The notes: generated from the letters alone by a model not told the origin. Shown: positions 27,983 to 38,675, counted from the stretch's first letter. The stretch: DNA of 64,000 bases from an uncultured Gammaproteobacteria bacterium (GCA_964493305.1 CAZBLW010000001.1:241484-305483), one strand, 5' to 3'. Numbers and translations are program-made.

Positions 27983-29743
27983 ATGTCATCAGCAAGATTT
28001 TCTGAAAATTTAATCGAAATTTTAGTCAAAAATAACCAGCTATCTAGTTCGCAGCTGGCTGATTTTAAACAACAAATTGCCCAAGGCAAAGATTTTGATG
28101 CGGTGGCAAAAACTATGGGCATCAGCGAAGAATCAATTGCCAAAGCCCAGGGTGAATTTTTCAATCTGCCATATGTTGATTTGTATAGTCAAAAGGTAGC
28201 TAATGATATTTTAAATTTGATTCCCAAAGAATTGGCAGAAAATTATCAACTGGTACCGTTTGAGTTTGATAAAAATACCTTGCATTTAAAAGTAGGTATA
28301 GTGGACCCGGGAGATTTTAAGGCTATTGAAGCGGTAGAATTTTTAGCTCGCAAAAATAATTACCGAGTGGAATATTTTGTTATCACTCAGACCGCTTTTA
28401 AACATACGGTCAAAAACTATGAATCCTTAAAGACCGAAGTAAAAAAAGCCTTGGATATTGTCGAAGATAGATACCAGAAAAAAATTGCTGAAGAAAAAGA
28501 AGCAGAAGAAGAAAAAGATTTTGAGGAAGTTATCAAATCTGCTCCAGTTTCCAAAATGGTGGAATCAATTTTAAAACACGCCGTGGAAGGCAATGCTTCT
28601 GATATTCATATTGAACCGGCAGAGGATAGCACTAGAGTCAGGTATCGAATTGACGGTGTCTTGCACACCTCTTTGCGTTTACCAAAACATTTGCATAATT
28701 CTTTGATTAGTCGTTTGAAAGTTATTTCCAATTTAAAAATTGATGAAACCAGAGTTCCGCAGGATGGACGTATTCGTGTAGAAGTTGGCGGACAAAAAAT
28801 TGATTTGCGTATTTCGTTTTTGCCACTTTTTAATGCTGAAAAAGTAGTATTGAGAATTTTAGATGTTAGTAACAAAGTAATTACCTTGGAAGAGCTTGGT
28901 TTTTGGGGTAAGGGTTTGGAAATTTTATATGAAAATATTGATAAATCAACCGGTATGTTTTTGGTGACTGGTCCTACTGGTAGTGGTAAGTCAACCACAC
29001 TCTATGCCGTGTTGAATTTGGTCAATAAAGAAGGCGTAAATATTCTCACGCTTGAAGATCCGATTGAATATTATCTTGATGGTATTAATCAATCACAGGT
29101 CAACACGGAAGTTGGTTATGGTTTTGCCAATGGGCTGAGAGCAGCTCTTAGACAAGATCCTGATATTATCATGGTTGGTGAGGTCCGTGACAATGAAACG
29201 GCTGAGCTGGCTATTCATGCTGCTTTAACCGGTCATATGGTGTTATCTACTTTACATACCAACGATGCTATTGGGGCAATCCCGCGTTTGATTGATATGC
29301 ATATTGAACCATTTTTACTCGGCTCAACTTTGAATGTAGTAATTGCCCAGCGGTTGGTGAGAAAAATTTGTGAATTCTGTAAGGAAGAAGTCAATGATAT
29401 TCCGGAAAAAATTATTGACCAGGTTAAAAAAACTGTTATTGAGGTCAATCCTATACATTTACCCCAAGATTTACAAGATATGATTCACCGTGAAGATTAT
29501 AAATTTTACCGAGGTCGCGGTTGCCCCCGCTGTGGTGATTCGGGTTATCAAGGCAGATTGGCGATTGTAGAAATACTTTCTATGAATGATGATTTGAAAA
29601 AAGTTTTGGAAAACGGCAAATTGGAAGAAATCGAAAATGTGTTTATCAAACAGGGACTTCCTAACATGCAACAAGATGGTGTGATCAAAGTTTTACAAGG
29701 AAAAACCACCATGGAAGAAGTCCTAAGAGTATCCAAAGAATAA
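27983..29743 (+). CDS. pilB: type IV pilus extension ATPase PilB/GspE
   Basis: ASDIHIEP, GPTGSGKST, EDPIE, LRQDPDIIMVGEVRD, STLHTN, CxxC...CxxC. Confidence 0.96.
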   Translation: MSSARFSENLIEILVKNNQLSSSQLADFKQQIAQGKDFDAVAKTMGISEESIAKAQGEFFNLPYVDLYSQKVANDILNLIPKELAENYQLVPFEFDKNTLHLKVGIVDPGDFKAIEAVEFLARKNNYRVEYFVITQTAFKHTVKNYESLKTEVKKALDIVEDRYQKKIAEEKEAEEEKDFEEVIKSAPVSKMVESILKHAVEGNASDIHIEPAEDSTRVRYRIDGVLHTSLRLPKHLHNSLISRLKVISNLKIDETRVPQDGRIRVEVGGQKIDLRISFLPLFNAEKVVLRILDVSNKVITLEELGFWGKGLEILYENIDKSTGMFLVTGPTGSGKSTTLYAVLNLVNKEGVNILTLEDPIEYYLDGINQSQVNTEVGYGFANGLRAALRQDPDIIMVGEVRDNETAELAIHAALTGHMVLSTLHTNDAIGAIPRLIDMHIEPFLLGSTLNVVIAQRLVRKICEFCKEEVNDIPEKIIDQVKKTVIEVNPIHLPQDLQDMIHREDYKFYRGRGCPRCGDSGYQGRLAIVEILSMNDDLKKVLENGKLEEIENVFIKQGLPNMQQDGVIKVLQGKTTMEEVLRVSKE

Positions 29744-29744
29744 T

Positions 29745-30122
29745 ATGCCCAAAAATTCAATTTTGATAGTTGAAGATGATCAATACATATTGTCTTTGTA
29801 TGCCAAAAAATTTGGTGATGCCAATTTTACCGTCTATTCGGCCCGAGATGGCATGACGGCTCTGCGTAATTTAGAAAAATACCAACCGCAAGTAGTTATT
29901 GTTGATTTAAATATTCCCGAGTTATCCGGTTGGGATTTGTTGGAGATGATAGCAGTAAGCAATCAACCCAAACCGATTTGTGTGGTTTTATCCAATTATG
30001 ACCAAGCGACCGCTCAAGAAAATAAACCCTTGCCGGATATTGTCAAAGGTTATTTTGTAAAAATAAATACTGATCCGGACGAAATGGTACAAACAGTAAA
30101 AAATTATTTATCCCAAAACTAA
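29745..30122 (+). CDS. single-domain response regulator receiver
   Basis: VEDD, IVDLNIP. Confidence 0.85.
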   Translation: MPKNSILIVEDDQYILSLYAKKFGDANFTVYSARDGMTALRNLEKYQPQVVIVDLNIPELSGWDLLEMIAVSNQPKPICVVLSNYDQATAQENKPLPDIVKGYFVKINTDPDEMVQTVKNYLSQN

Positions 30123-31192
30123 TGCAAACTACTCTCAATATAACCCTTAACCGTATTTTGACGATCTTAGCTGAGCGTCATGGCTCTGATTTGCATTTAG
30201 TGGTTGGTTCTCGGCCGATGATGAGGTTACACGAAGAGTTATTGGAAATGTCAGAAGAAGAAGTTATGACCAAAGATTTTATTCAAGGGGTAATTGATAT
30301 GTTATTGACTGATGAACAAAAGCAACTTTTGGGCAGTAGGAGAGAAATAATATTTGCTTATGACTTTGGTGATCGGGCTCGTTTTCGAGTGGATGTATTT
30401 TTTCAAAAAGGTTTTCCCAGTTTGGTGTTTCATTATATTCCGGTGGTAGTCAAACCTTTAAGCGAGCTAGGTTTTCCCAAAAGCGTGGAAAAATTGACTC
30501 AAGAAAGAAGCGGTTTGGTGCTGATTGGTGGTCCTTACCGAGCTGGAAAAACCACCACCATGGTAGGTTTTATAGAAAGTATCAATCGTACGCACCGGCG
30601 CAATATTTTGACCCTCGAACAACCGATTGAACATGTGTTGATTAGCAATAAAAGTCTTATTCAACAAAAAGAGGTGGGCAATGATGTTGAATCCTGGTTG
30701 GAAGCATTGGAGATTCGGGAAGAGGATATTGATGTTTTGATGGTAACCAGGGTCAATAGCCCGCGGATTATGTATCGACTGTTGGAAATTGCCAACAGTG
30801 GCGTGTTGGTCTTTATGCCTCTGGAGGGCAATAGTATTGGTCAGTTGTTACATACAGTCATTGAAGATTCTCCGGATGAAAATCGTGAACACGCTCAATA
30901 TTTATTGTCCAAAGTTTTTCGGGGGGCGATTATTCAAAAATTACTACCCAGTATTGGCGGTGGTATGGTACTGGCTATGGAAATAGTTTATTCCAGTCCG
31001 GTGATAGCAGCAGCGATCAAAGAAAATAAATTGTCGCAACTATCTAGTATTTTACTGACCTCGCGGGAGCAGGGGATGATTTCCATGGATCGCTATATTG
31101 CTGAGTTGGTAAGATCCGGCCAAATTGATCAAACTGTGGCTTTGCAGGAGGTTAATGATCCGGAAAATCTAAAAAGAATATTAAGATCATAA
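30122..31192 (+). CDS. pilT: PilT/PilU-family protein with degenerate catalytic motifs
   Basis: GSDLHL, RFRV, GPYRAGKTTT, GMISMD; Walker B and His box altered. Confidence 0.85.
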   Translation: MQTTLNITLNRILTILAERHGSDLHLVVGSRPMMRLHEELLEMSEEEVMTKDFIQGVIDMLLTDEQKQLLGSRREIIFAYDFGDRARFRVDVFFQKGFPSLVFHYIPVVVKPLSELGFPKSVEKLTQERSGLVLIGGPYRAGKTTTMVGFIESINRTHRRNILTLEQPIEHVLISNKSLIQQKEVGNDVESWLEALEIREEDIDVLMVTRVNSPRIMYRLLEIANSGVLVFMPLEGNSIGQLLHTVIEDSPDENREHAQYLLSKVFRGAIIQKLLPSIGGGMVLAMEIVYSSPVIAAAIKENKLSQLSSILLTSREQGMISMDRYIAELVRSGQIDQTVALQEVNDPENLKRILRS

Positions 31193-31195
31193 GTT

Positions 31196-32401
31196 ATGCC
31201 TTTTTTTCAATATCGGGCCAGAAATTCCCGAGGAGATATAGTCCAAGGTTCAGTCGATGCTCCGACAGAAAATGTCGCTTCATCAATATTGGTTGATCGC
31301 GGATTGATTATTTTATCCTTGGTGGAAAAAGAAAAAAACTCGCTCAATATTGACCTGCCGTTTTTAAATGCCATCAAAAATAAAGACGTGGTGGTTTTTT
31401 CCCGGCAACTGGCGGTGATGGCCTCGGCTTCAGTGCCGATTGTGCAGGCTTTGAAAATATTGGTCAATCAAACTCACAATCCCAGGTTGAAAGTGATAAT
31501 TTCCGAAGTAGCCGATGAGGTGGATGGCGGGGCAAAATTATCCCAAGCTTTGGGACGTTACCGCAAAGTCTTTTCTGATTTTTATGTAGCTATGGTTAGA
31601 TCCGGTGAAACCAGCGGTAAGTTGGATGAAGTATTGAACTATTTGGCTGATCAGCAAGAAAAAGATTATGATCTCACCTCCAAAATCAAGGGCGCCATGA
31701 TTTATCCGGTATTTATTATGGCTGGTTTGACGGTGGTAGCCATTGTGATGATGGTATTTGTGGTGCCGAAACTCACGGGAATTATTGCCGAATCAGGAGC
31801 TGAATTGCCACTAGCAACTCGAATATTGATTGCGGTGTCTGATTTTATGAAAAATTATTGGTATATACTTATTGGCGTAGTGGGTGGGGGGATTTTTTCC
31901 TTTTTTAAACTAACTCGTCGCGGTCCGGGTAAAGCTTTGTATGATAAATTTAAGCTTAAAGTACCAATTTTTGGCAAACTGTGGCAGCGGATATATCTCG
32001 TGCGCATGACCAGATCTTTATCTACCTTGATTGTGGGTGGTGTACCATTGACTGCAGCACTAGAGGTAGTAGCTGATGTAGTGGGTAATGATTTATACAG
32101 CAGTTTAGTCAAACAAACCATCAAAGAAGTTGAGGATGGTAACAGTGTGGCAACTCTTTTTTTGAAAAGCAAAGAAGTGCCTCCCATGGTATCGCAAATG
32201 ATGTCAGTCGGCGAACAGACTGGTAGACTAGAACAGATTCTAGCAAAAATTACTGATTTTTATGCTAGAGAAATTGAAAATCTAGTGGCCAACATGGTGA
32301 GTTTGATTGAACCTTTGATTATGGTGTTGATGGGTGTGGGCGTGGGGCTCATGGTGGCAGCTATAATTTTGCCCATGTATCAGCTGGCTAGTAGTTTTTA
32401 A
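31196..32401 (+). CDS. pilC: type IV pilus platform protein PilC/GspF
   Basis: FSRQLA, GETSGKL, GAMIYP, GEQTGRL, LIEP, ILPMY. Confidence 0.95.
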   Translation: MPFFQYRARNSRGDIVQGSVDAPTENVASSILVDRGLIILSLVEKEKNSLNIDLPFLNAIKNKDVVVFSRQLAVMASASVPIVQALKILVNQTHNPRLKVIISEVADEVDGGAKLSQALGRYRKVFSDFYVAMVRSGETSGKLDEVLNYLADQQEKDYDLTSKIKGAMIYPVFIMAGLTVVAIVMMVFVVPKLTGIIAESGAELPLATRILIAVSDFMKNYWYILIGVVGGGIFSFFKLTRRGPGKALYDKFKLKVPIFGKLWQRIYLVRMTRSLSTLIVGGVPLTAALEVVADVVGNDLYSSLVKQTIKEVEDGNSVATLFLKSKEVPPMVSQMMSVGEQTGRLEQILAKITDFYAREIENLVANMVSLIEPLIMVLMGVGVGLMVAAIILPMYQLASSF

Positions 32402-32485
32402 AATATAATAACGAATAACGAATTAAGAATTACCAATAAAGAAATAAGAAGTAAAATAGATTGACTTGTGGTTTTTTTGAAAATG

Positions 32486-32637
32486 TGCTATAATTAATAA
32501 TAGTTAAAAGGTCGGGCTGAAAAATGCTTAAATAATTGAATATTTTTTAAAAAATTATATTTAAGATGATTTTTGTTACCGCGGGCTTGTCCAGTAGCAA
32601 AAGTCATTTTCACTAATCTAGAAAGAGAGGTGAATTT
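32486..32637 (+). promoter_or_regulatory. extended -10 promoter and structured 5' UTR of the major pilin
   Basis: TGcTATAAT 32486-32494; hairpin atgatttttgttac/gtagcaaaagtcat; strong SD GAGGTG. Confidence 0.55.
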
Positions 32638-33075
32638 ATGAATAAAAAAGGTTTTACTTTAATCGAACTTTTGGTGGTGATTGCTATTATTGGTTTATTG
32701 TCAACTTTGGCCGTAGTTTCACTAAACAACGCCAGAGCTAAATCACGTGACGCCAAAAGAGTATCTGATATTAAACAAGTCCAAACCGCTTTAGAGTTAT
32801 TCTATAATGATAATAATGGTTACCCGACTGTTACAGTAAATACTAATAATAATGTATTACCATCTCCAAGTACAGGTTCTTCCACCCCTTGGTCAACTTA
32901 TATGGGTATAAATCCTCAAGCTCCAACTCCGGCTGATGGTGGTTGTGGTGCTAATAATAATTACGTTTATAATGCTACATCTTCAGCTAGTTATGCCATC
33001 ACTTTCTGTTTAGGTGGAGCCACTGGTCAATTACCAGCTGGTGTGAGAACTGCATCTCCAAGTGGTATTCAATAA
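32638..33075 (+). CDS. pilA: major type IV pilin
   Basis: KKG|FTLIELLVVIAII, ARAKSRDAKR; own promoter, SD and terminator. Confidence 0.92.
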   Translation: MNKKGFTLIELLVVIAIIGLLSTLAVVSLNNARAKSRDAKRVSDIKQVQTALELFYNDNNGYPTVTVNTNNNVLPSPSTGSSTPWSTYMGINPQAPTPADGGCGANNNYVYNATSSASYAITFCLGGATGQLPAGVRTASPSGIQ

Positions 33076-33092
33076 AGAGTCCTTACATATTT

Positions 33093-33126
33093 AACTACCC
33101 CGACAAAATCGGGGTAGTTTTATTTT
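33093..33126 (+). terminator. intrinsic terminator after pilA
   Basis: aactaccccga-caaaa-tcggggtagtt followed by a T tract. Confidence 0.85.
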
Positions 33127-33161
33127 TCACTAAATTAGGTAAAAAATGTTATAATAAATAA

Positions 33162-33947
33162 ATGACTATATTATTTATTTTTATTTTAGGAACACTACTG
33201 GGCAGTTTTATCAACGCCTTGGTTTATCGGTTGCATAACAATTTAAATTTTGTTCTAGCTAGGTCACATTGCCCTAAATGCCAGCACACTTTAGCTTGGC
33301 AGGAGCTTATACCCATTGTGAGTTTCCTGAGGCAAAAAGGCAGATGCACCAGCTGTCAGCAAAAAATTTCTTGGCAATACCCAGTGGTAGAAATACTCAC
33401 TGGGATCTTATTTGTTTTGATTTATCAAACCAAAATACTTGATTGGCAATTAACCCAGACAAATTTTTCTGAGCTTCTATATATTAGCGGTTTGTTTGTT
33501 TTTACCGTGTGGCTGGTGATAATTTTTGTTTATGATTTTAAATACTATTTGATTTTAGACAAAATTACCCTGCCCGCTATGGCGCTGGCTTTCGTTTGGC
33601 AATTGGCTATGGATTTTTCTCTAGCTCATATAATCAATATTTTACTGGCAGCTACGGTGGGCGGGGGATTTTTCTTATTGCAATTTTTAGTTTCCAAAGG
33701 CAAATGGATTGGGGGCGGGGATATCAGACTGGGGGTGTTGATGGGTTTGTTGTTAGGACTGCCTCAGGTTTTGGTGGCTTTGATGCTGGCTTATATCATC
33801 GGTGCGGTTATCGCAGTATTTATGGTATTATTAAAAAAGAAGCGCTGGGGTGAACAAATTCCCTTTGGTACATTTTTGACTATTGGTACATTTATTGCCT
33901 TGTTGTGGGGAGAGGTAATTATAAAATGGTATTTAGGTCAGTTATGA
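33162..33947 (+). CDS. pilD: prepilin peptidase
   Basis: GSFIN, RSHCPKC, GRC..C, YP.VE, GGGD, IPFG.FL. Confidence 0.95.
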   Translation: MTILFIFILGTLLGSFINALVYRLHNNLNFVLARSHCPKCQHTLAWQELIPIVSFLRQKGRCTSCQQKISWQYPVVEILTGILFVLIYQTKILDWQLTQTNFSELLYISGLFVFTVWLVIIFVYDFKYYLILDKITLPAMALAFVWQLAMDFSLAHIINILLAATVGGGFFLLQFLVSKGKWIGGGDIRLGVLMGLLLGLPQVLVALMLAYIIGAVIAVFMVLLKKKRWGEQIPFGTFLTIGTFIALLWGEVIIKWYLGQL

Positions 33948-34567
33948 CGGAGTTATTTTTAAAAAATAAAAAAAATAATCAAGGTTATACCTTACCGGAG
34001 TTATTGGTTTCCATTGCCATTTTTGTGGTTATTTTAGGTATCACTATGGCCAATTTGCGACAAGGCAATCAGACCAGTGAATTGCGGTTAAAATCCCTGG
34101 AAGTAGCCAATGATATCAGGCGGGTGCAAAACAATGCCCTGGTTGCCCTGCCTTTAACTGACGGTAGTATTCCTGATCGGTGGGGTATTCATTTTGTCAG
34201 TAGTAGTCCGCAGTATATAATTTTCAATGAAAAAGCCGGTAGTGCCAATTATAATTTTTTGTACAATGCGGGTGAAGCGGTACAAACTATCAATTTACCC
34301 AGTCGATTTATCATTTCCGCTATGAATGATCCGGAAAATCCTTGCGGTACCAAAGTAAACAATGGAGTGATGGATATAGTTTTTACAGTACCTGGCGGAC
34401 AGACTTATTTCAATGGTGTCCAACCGTTAAGTACCGGTGAGGTTGGTGCTTGCGGTAACTACAACCCCGGCTGGATCAATTTAAAATATTTACCGACCGG
34501 TCGCAGTATAAATATTCAAATCAACTGGATATCAGGAAAAATTACCACCACCGAAATTATCAATTAG
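33944..34567 (+). CDS. minor pilin (FimU/GspH-like)
   Basis: G|YTLPELLV class III signal; ATGA overlap with pilD. Confidence 0.85.
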   Translation: MTELFLKNKKNNQGYTLPELLVSIAIFVVILGITMANLRQGNQTSELRLKSLEVANDIRRVQNNALVALPLTDGSIPDRWGIHFVSSSPQYIIFNEKAGSANYNFLYNAGEAVQTINLPSRFIISAMNDPENPCGTKVNNGVMDIVFTVPGGQTYFNGVQPLSTGEVGACGNYNPGWINLKYLPTGRSINIQINWISGKITTTEIIN

Positions 34568-34570
34568 TCT

Positions 34571-35188
34571 ATGCTCAAATTTCGCAAAAATTTATCTGGC
34601 CAAGGTTTGATGGAAGTTATTGTAGCGATTGCCATCATCACGACCGGGATTACGGGAACCGTGACTTTGACCTATTCCAATTTACGGAGTAATGAAACTT
34701 CGATCAATCAAATAATTGCGGCTAACTTAGCTAGAGAAGGTATTGAAGTGGTGAGAAACATACGGGATGAAAATTGGTTACAGGGATCAGTAAATAATAC
34801 TTGGTTAACTGGTTTAAAAAATATAAATAGTGAACAAGATGATTTCGACGGTAATATTGATTTCAATAAAACTACCAAAAGATGGACTTTGGATTTGACC
34901 AAAGATGGCATCAGTGCTGGTCGGTTGTATTTGGATAGCGACGGTGTTTACAATCATACCAGTGGTACCATCACGCCGTATTGGCGCAATGTAGAAGTCA
35001 GAGTGATTTTATGTCAGTTTAAAAATAATAAAAATAACATCGTAGTGGTTAATGGTAATTGTCAAGCTTATGGTGCTTGGAATGCTGTAGGTATCAAAGT
35101 AATTTCTACAGTACAGTGGCAAGAAAAAGGTCAAACCAAAACTTATCGTTTAGAAGAAAATTTATATAATTGGCATGATATTTACTAA
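34571..35188 (+). CDS. minor pilin (PilV-like)
   Basis: GQGLMEVIVAIAI, ANLAREGIEVVRN. Confidence 0.85.
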   Translation: MLKFRKNLSGQGLMEVIVAIAIITTGITGTVTLTYSNLRSNETSINQIIAANLAREGIEVVRNIRDENWLQGSVNNTWLTGLKNINSEQDDFDGNIDFNKTTKRWTLDLTKDGISAGRLYLDSDGVYNHTSGTITPYWRNVEVRVILCQFKNNKNNIVVVNGNCQAYGAWNAVGIKVISTVQWQEKGQTKTYRLEENLYNWHDIY

Positions 35189-35771
35189 AAAAACCAATCA
35201 ACAAGGATTTACCTTGATGGAAATAGTAGTGGGTCTGGCGCTGTTTGGCGTGGCTTTGATATCTTTGACTGATATTTATTTATTGTCACAAACTACCCAA
35301 AATAAACTGGTGGGGGAAACCAAAATACAAGCTGATGCGCGGTTTGTCATTGAACTGTTGGCTCGAGAGGTGAGGATGAGCATGATTGATTATCAAGCTA
35401 TTAATCCAGCAGATTACAGTCCGGCACTTGATTATTTACCTCTGGTTGATACTGCTGGCAATACTACTATTTTTATCACTACTTCCTCGCCTTATATTTG
35501 TGAACCAGGCACCACCAGTTGTCTGGCCGTAAAACAAAATGATTCTGCTTGGGCCAGTATTACTCCGCGGGGGGTAAATATATTGCGCGCTGATTTCTAT
35601 GTTTATCCGGAAGCAGATCCTTTTGCCATCACCACCAACCGCTATGCTGCCAGTAGTACTCCCCGGGTTACTATTATCTTAGCTTCCGAAAATATTACCA
35701 GCCGGCAAGCGGAAAGAAATATCCAAAATTTACAAACCACGGTATCTTCGCGAGTTTATAAAAGATTTTAG
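35175..35771 (+). CDS. minor pilin (PilW-like)
   Basis: G|FTLMEIVV; C-terminal LQTTVSSR. Confidence 0.85.
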   Translation: MIFTKKTNQQGFTLMEIVVGLALFGVALISLTDIYLLSQTTQNKLVGETKIQADARFVIELLAREVRMSMIDYQAINPADYSPALDYLPLVDTAGNTTIFITTSSPYICEPGTTSCLAVKQNDSAWASITPRGVNILRADFYVYPEADPFAITTNRYAASSTPRVTIILASENITSRQAERNIQNLQTTVSSRVYKRF

Positions 35772-35800
35772 TTTTGTATTAAGTAAAAAAGTATCAAGCT

Positions 35801-36658
35801 ATGAGTTTAAAAAATACACCAGCCAATCAACAAGGAGCCATATTACTGTTAGCTTTACTAATTATGTCAGGTTTGGTAATTGGCGGATTTACTTTGGGCA
35901 GTGTAGTGATCAATGAACTTAGGCAATCGCGGCAATTGGATCAGGCAATCGTAGCGTATTATGCGGCCGAATCCGGCGCAGAAAAATTGCTCTTTGATTG
36001 GCGGGAAACCGGTTGTACCACCTGTCCCACCAATACCCAGCTTTTTAGCAATCCAGCTTGCAGTGAATCCAGTACCATTGGTTGGACTTGTGGTATGAGT
36101 ACTACTCAAGGAGTATCCCAAGTTAGTTTTACTTTGCCTCAGCTGCAGGTAGAGCAAATTCCTTTGTATTTGCCTTATGACCCGAGTCAGCGTTCCGGCG
36201 CTGAATCAATGAATATTTTTTGGCAGGATAGTGATGTTACCAATGGCTTAGAACCCTGGTTGGAAGTATCCATTTTAGGTTGGCCAGCTGGCGCTAGTGT
36301 CAATTATCAAGATGCCAAAGAGATAATGCGTCGGGTTTATAAATGCTCTCCCAATGCTGTTGATCAACCTATGTGTGACACTATTAGTATCAATGATTTA
36401 ATTGCCACTTATGGTTATATCGTCAGAGTACGATCTTTGTATGACGATGTAGACAATGTCAGAGTTAAGTTTTACCAAAATGACAATGGAGTCAATGATT
36501 TGGATTTACGAACTTTTATCAAAGTCGCTGATTTTACCGGTACATTTCAGGGCATCAAGCAAGGTATCAGAGTGCAATTTCCTGTGGTTAACCCCTCAGC
36601 CGGGATGTTTGATTTTGTTTTATTTACCGAAAATAGTTTACTTAAACAGATTTTTTAG
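35801..36658 (+). CDS. minor pilin (PilX-like)
   Basis: G|AILLLALL lacking E5; AYYAAESG. Confidence 0.82.
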   Translation: MSLKNTPANQQGAILLLALLIMSGLVIGGFTLGSVVINELRQSRQLDQAIVAYYAAESGAEKLLFDWRETGCTTCPTNTQLFSNPACSESSTIGWTCGMSTTQGVSQVSFTLPQLQVEQIPLYLPYDPSQRSGAESMNIFWQDSDVTNGLEPWLEVSILGWPAGASVNYQDAKEIMRRVYKCSPNAVDQPMCDTISINDLIATYGYIVRVRSLYDDVDNVRVKFYQNDNGVNDLDLRTFIKVADFTGTFQGIKQGIRVQFPVVNPSAGMFDFVLFTENSLLKQIF

Positions 36659-36661
36659 TTT

Positions 36662-38659
36662 ATGAACAAAGTTCAAGCTAAAAATAGAATTGCTAAACTA
36701 CGAGCGGAGATTGAACATCACCGCTATTTATATCATGTACTTGATGCACCGGAAATATCTGACGGTGCGTTGGATAGTTTAAAAAATGAGTTAGAAGATT
36801 TGGAACAAGAGTATCCCGAACTTATAACTGCCGATTCACCCACTCAGCGAGTAGGTGGTCGGCCATTGGATAAATTTAAAAAAATTAAACACGACCAGCC
36901 GATGTTGTCCATCAATGATGCTTTTAGCCGACAAGATTTGACTGATTGGTTAACTAAAATTAGCAAGCTAACTAACCGCCAGTTTGATTTTTTTTGCGAA
37001 ACCAAGATGGATGGCTTGGCGGTAACTTTACGCTATGAAAATAAACAGTTAGTTAGAGCAGCCACTCGGGGGGATGGAGAAGTGGGCGAGGATGTAACAA
37101 CAAATATTCGCACGATTGAATCAATACCTTTGCGTTTGCGCGATGAAACCAATGACTTACCCAGCTTAGTTGAAATTCGGGGTGAGGTTTATATGACTAC
37201 CGAGGTATTTGAAAAATTAAATAACGATTTAGCCAAACAAGGAGCAAAAACTTTTGCCAATCCTAGAAATGCTGCGGCTGGATCAATTAGACAACTAGAT
37301 CCAAAACTATCAGCCCAAAGAAAACTTAAATTTATGGCTTACGACATAGTTACTGATTTAGGACTTAAAACTCATCAAGCGGTACATCAGAAATTACAAC
37401 AGATTGGCTTCAGGGCTGGAGATTATTTGCGGTTATGTAAAAATTTGACTGAGGTTTTTAGCTTTTTTCAAGAATTACAAAAAATTAGACCCAAACTACC
37501 TTATTGGATTGACGGGGTAGTGGTCTTGGTAAATGATTTACAAACTTTAAAAGAACTTGGTGTGACCGGCAAAGCACCGCGGGGGATATTGGCTTTAAAA
37601 TTTCCCGCGCAGCAAGTAACAACGATTGTAGAAAATGTTATTGTCCAAGTGGGCCGAACCGGAGTACTGACGCCAGTAGCAGTTTTGCGACCAGTGGCAG
37701 TAGCAGGGACTACGGTGTCGCGGGCGACTTTACACAATTTTGATGAGATCAAACGTTTGGGTATAAAAGTGGGTGATACTGTGATTATTCAAAAAGCCGG
37801 AGATATAATTCCTGAAGTTGTGAAAGTTATAGAAAATTTAAGAACCGGTCAAGAAAAAACTATCAATTTACCCAGTAAGTGCCCGGTTTGTGGGGCGGCG
37901 GTAGTCAAACCAGCTGGTGAAGTAAATTTTTATTGCAGTAATAAACAGTGCTTTGCCAAGCAACAAGAACAGTTATATCATTTTGTTTCTAAAAATGCTT
38001 TTGATATTGCCGGGCTCGGTCCCAAAATAATTGACCAGTTGATTGAAGAAGGTTTGATTGAAGATGCGGCTGATATTTTTGCTCTAACCACCGGTGATTT
38101 AGAACCACTTGATCGCTTTGCTGATAAGTCGGCTAGTAATTTAATTCGTAGTATCAATCAAGCCAAAAAAATTAGTCTATCACGTTTTATTTACGCTCTG
38201 GGTATTCGCCACGTTGGCGAACAAACGGCCCTGGCTCTAGCAGAAAGATTTGGCAGTTTAAATAAAATCCAAAGCGCCAGTCAAGCTGATTTAACAAACG
38301 TCAATGATATTGGAATGGTAGTAGCTAAAAGTATTTATGAATATTTTCATCAACCTAAAAATCTTAAATTATTGACCAAGTTGTTAGCTAGTGGGATTAA
38401 AATAGAAAAAAATAAAATTACAGTTACAGGTAAAAAACTAGCGGGGAAAGTTTTTGTACTAACTGGTACACTGACCAATTTGACTCGTGATCAAGCTAAA
38501 GAAAAAATTCGCCAATACGGCGGGCGGATAAGTTCTAGCGTCAGTAAACAAACTGATTATGTGGTAGCTGGTGATGAACCAGGTTCAAAATATACCCGGG
38601 CTGAAAAATTGGGAATTAAAATATTATCAGAACAAGAGTTTTTTGATTTGGTGAAATAA
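36662..38659 (+). CDS. ligA: NAD-dependent DNA ligase
   Basis: KMDG, TRGDG, NPRNAAAGS, Zn finger, HhH, BRCT. Confidence 0.98.
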   Translation: MNKVQAKNRIAKLRAEIEHHRYLYHVLDAPEISDGALDSLKNELEDLEQEYPELITADSPTQRVGGRPLDKFKKIKHDQPMLSINDAFSRQDLTDWLTKISKLTNRQFDFFCETKMDGLAVTLRYENKQLVRAATRGDGEVGEDVTTNIRTIESIPLRLRDETNDLPSLVEIRGEVYMTTEVFEKLNNDLAKQGAKTFANPRNAAAGSIRQLDPKLSAQRKLKFMAYDIVTDLGLKTHQAVHQKLQQIGFRAGDYLRLCKNLTEVFSFFQELQKIRPKLPYWIDGVVVLVNDLQTLKELGVTGKAPRGILALKFPAQQVTTIVENVIVQVGRTGVLTPVAVLRPVAVAGTTVSRATLHNFDEIKRLGIKVGDTVIIQKAGDIIPEVVKVIENLRTGQEKTINLPSKCPVCGAAVVKPAGEVNFYCSNKQCFAKQQEQLYHFVSKNAFDIAGLGPKIIDQLIEEGLIEDAADIFALTTGDLEPLDRFADKSASNLIRSINQAKKISLSRFIYALGIRHVGEQTALALAERFGSLNKIQSASQADLTNVNDIGMVVAKSIYEYFHQPKNLKLLTKLLASGIKIEKNKITVTGKKLAGKVFVLTGTLTNLTRDQAKEKIRQYGGRISSSVSKQTDYVVAGDEPGSKYTRAEKLGIKILSEQEFFDLVK

Positions 38660-38675
38660 AAAAATATTTTTATTT

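Noticed and set aside
32500-32637. c-di-GMP riboswitch upstream of pilA
   Set aside because: GGCAAAC/GACGCAAAG-type consensus absent; kept only as a generic structured leader
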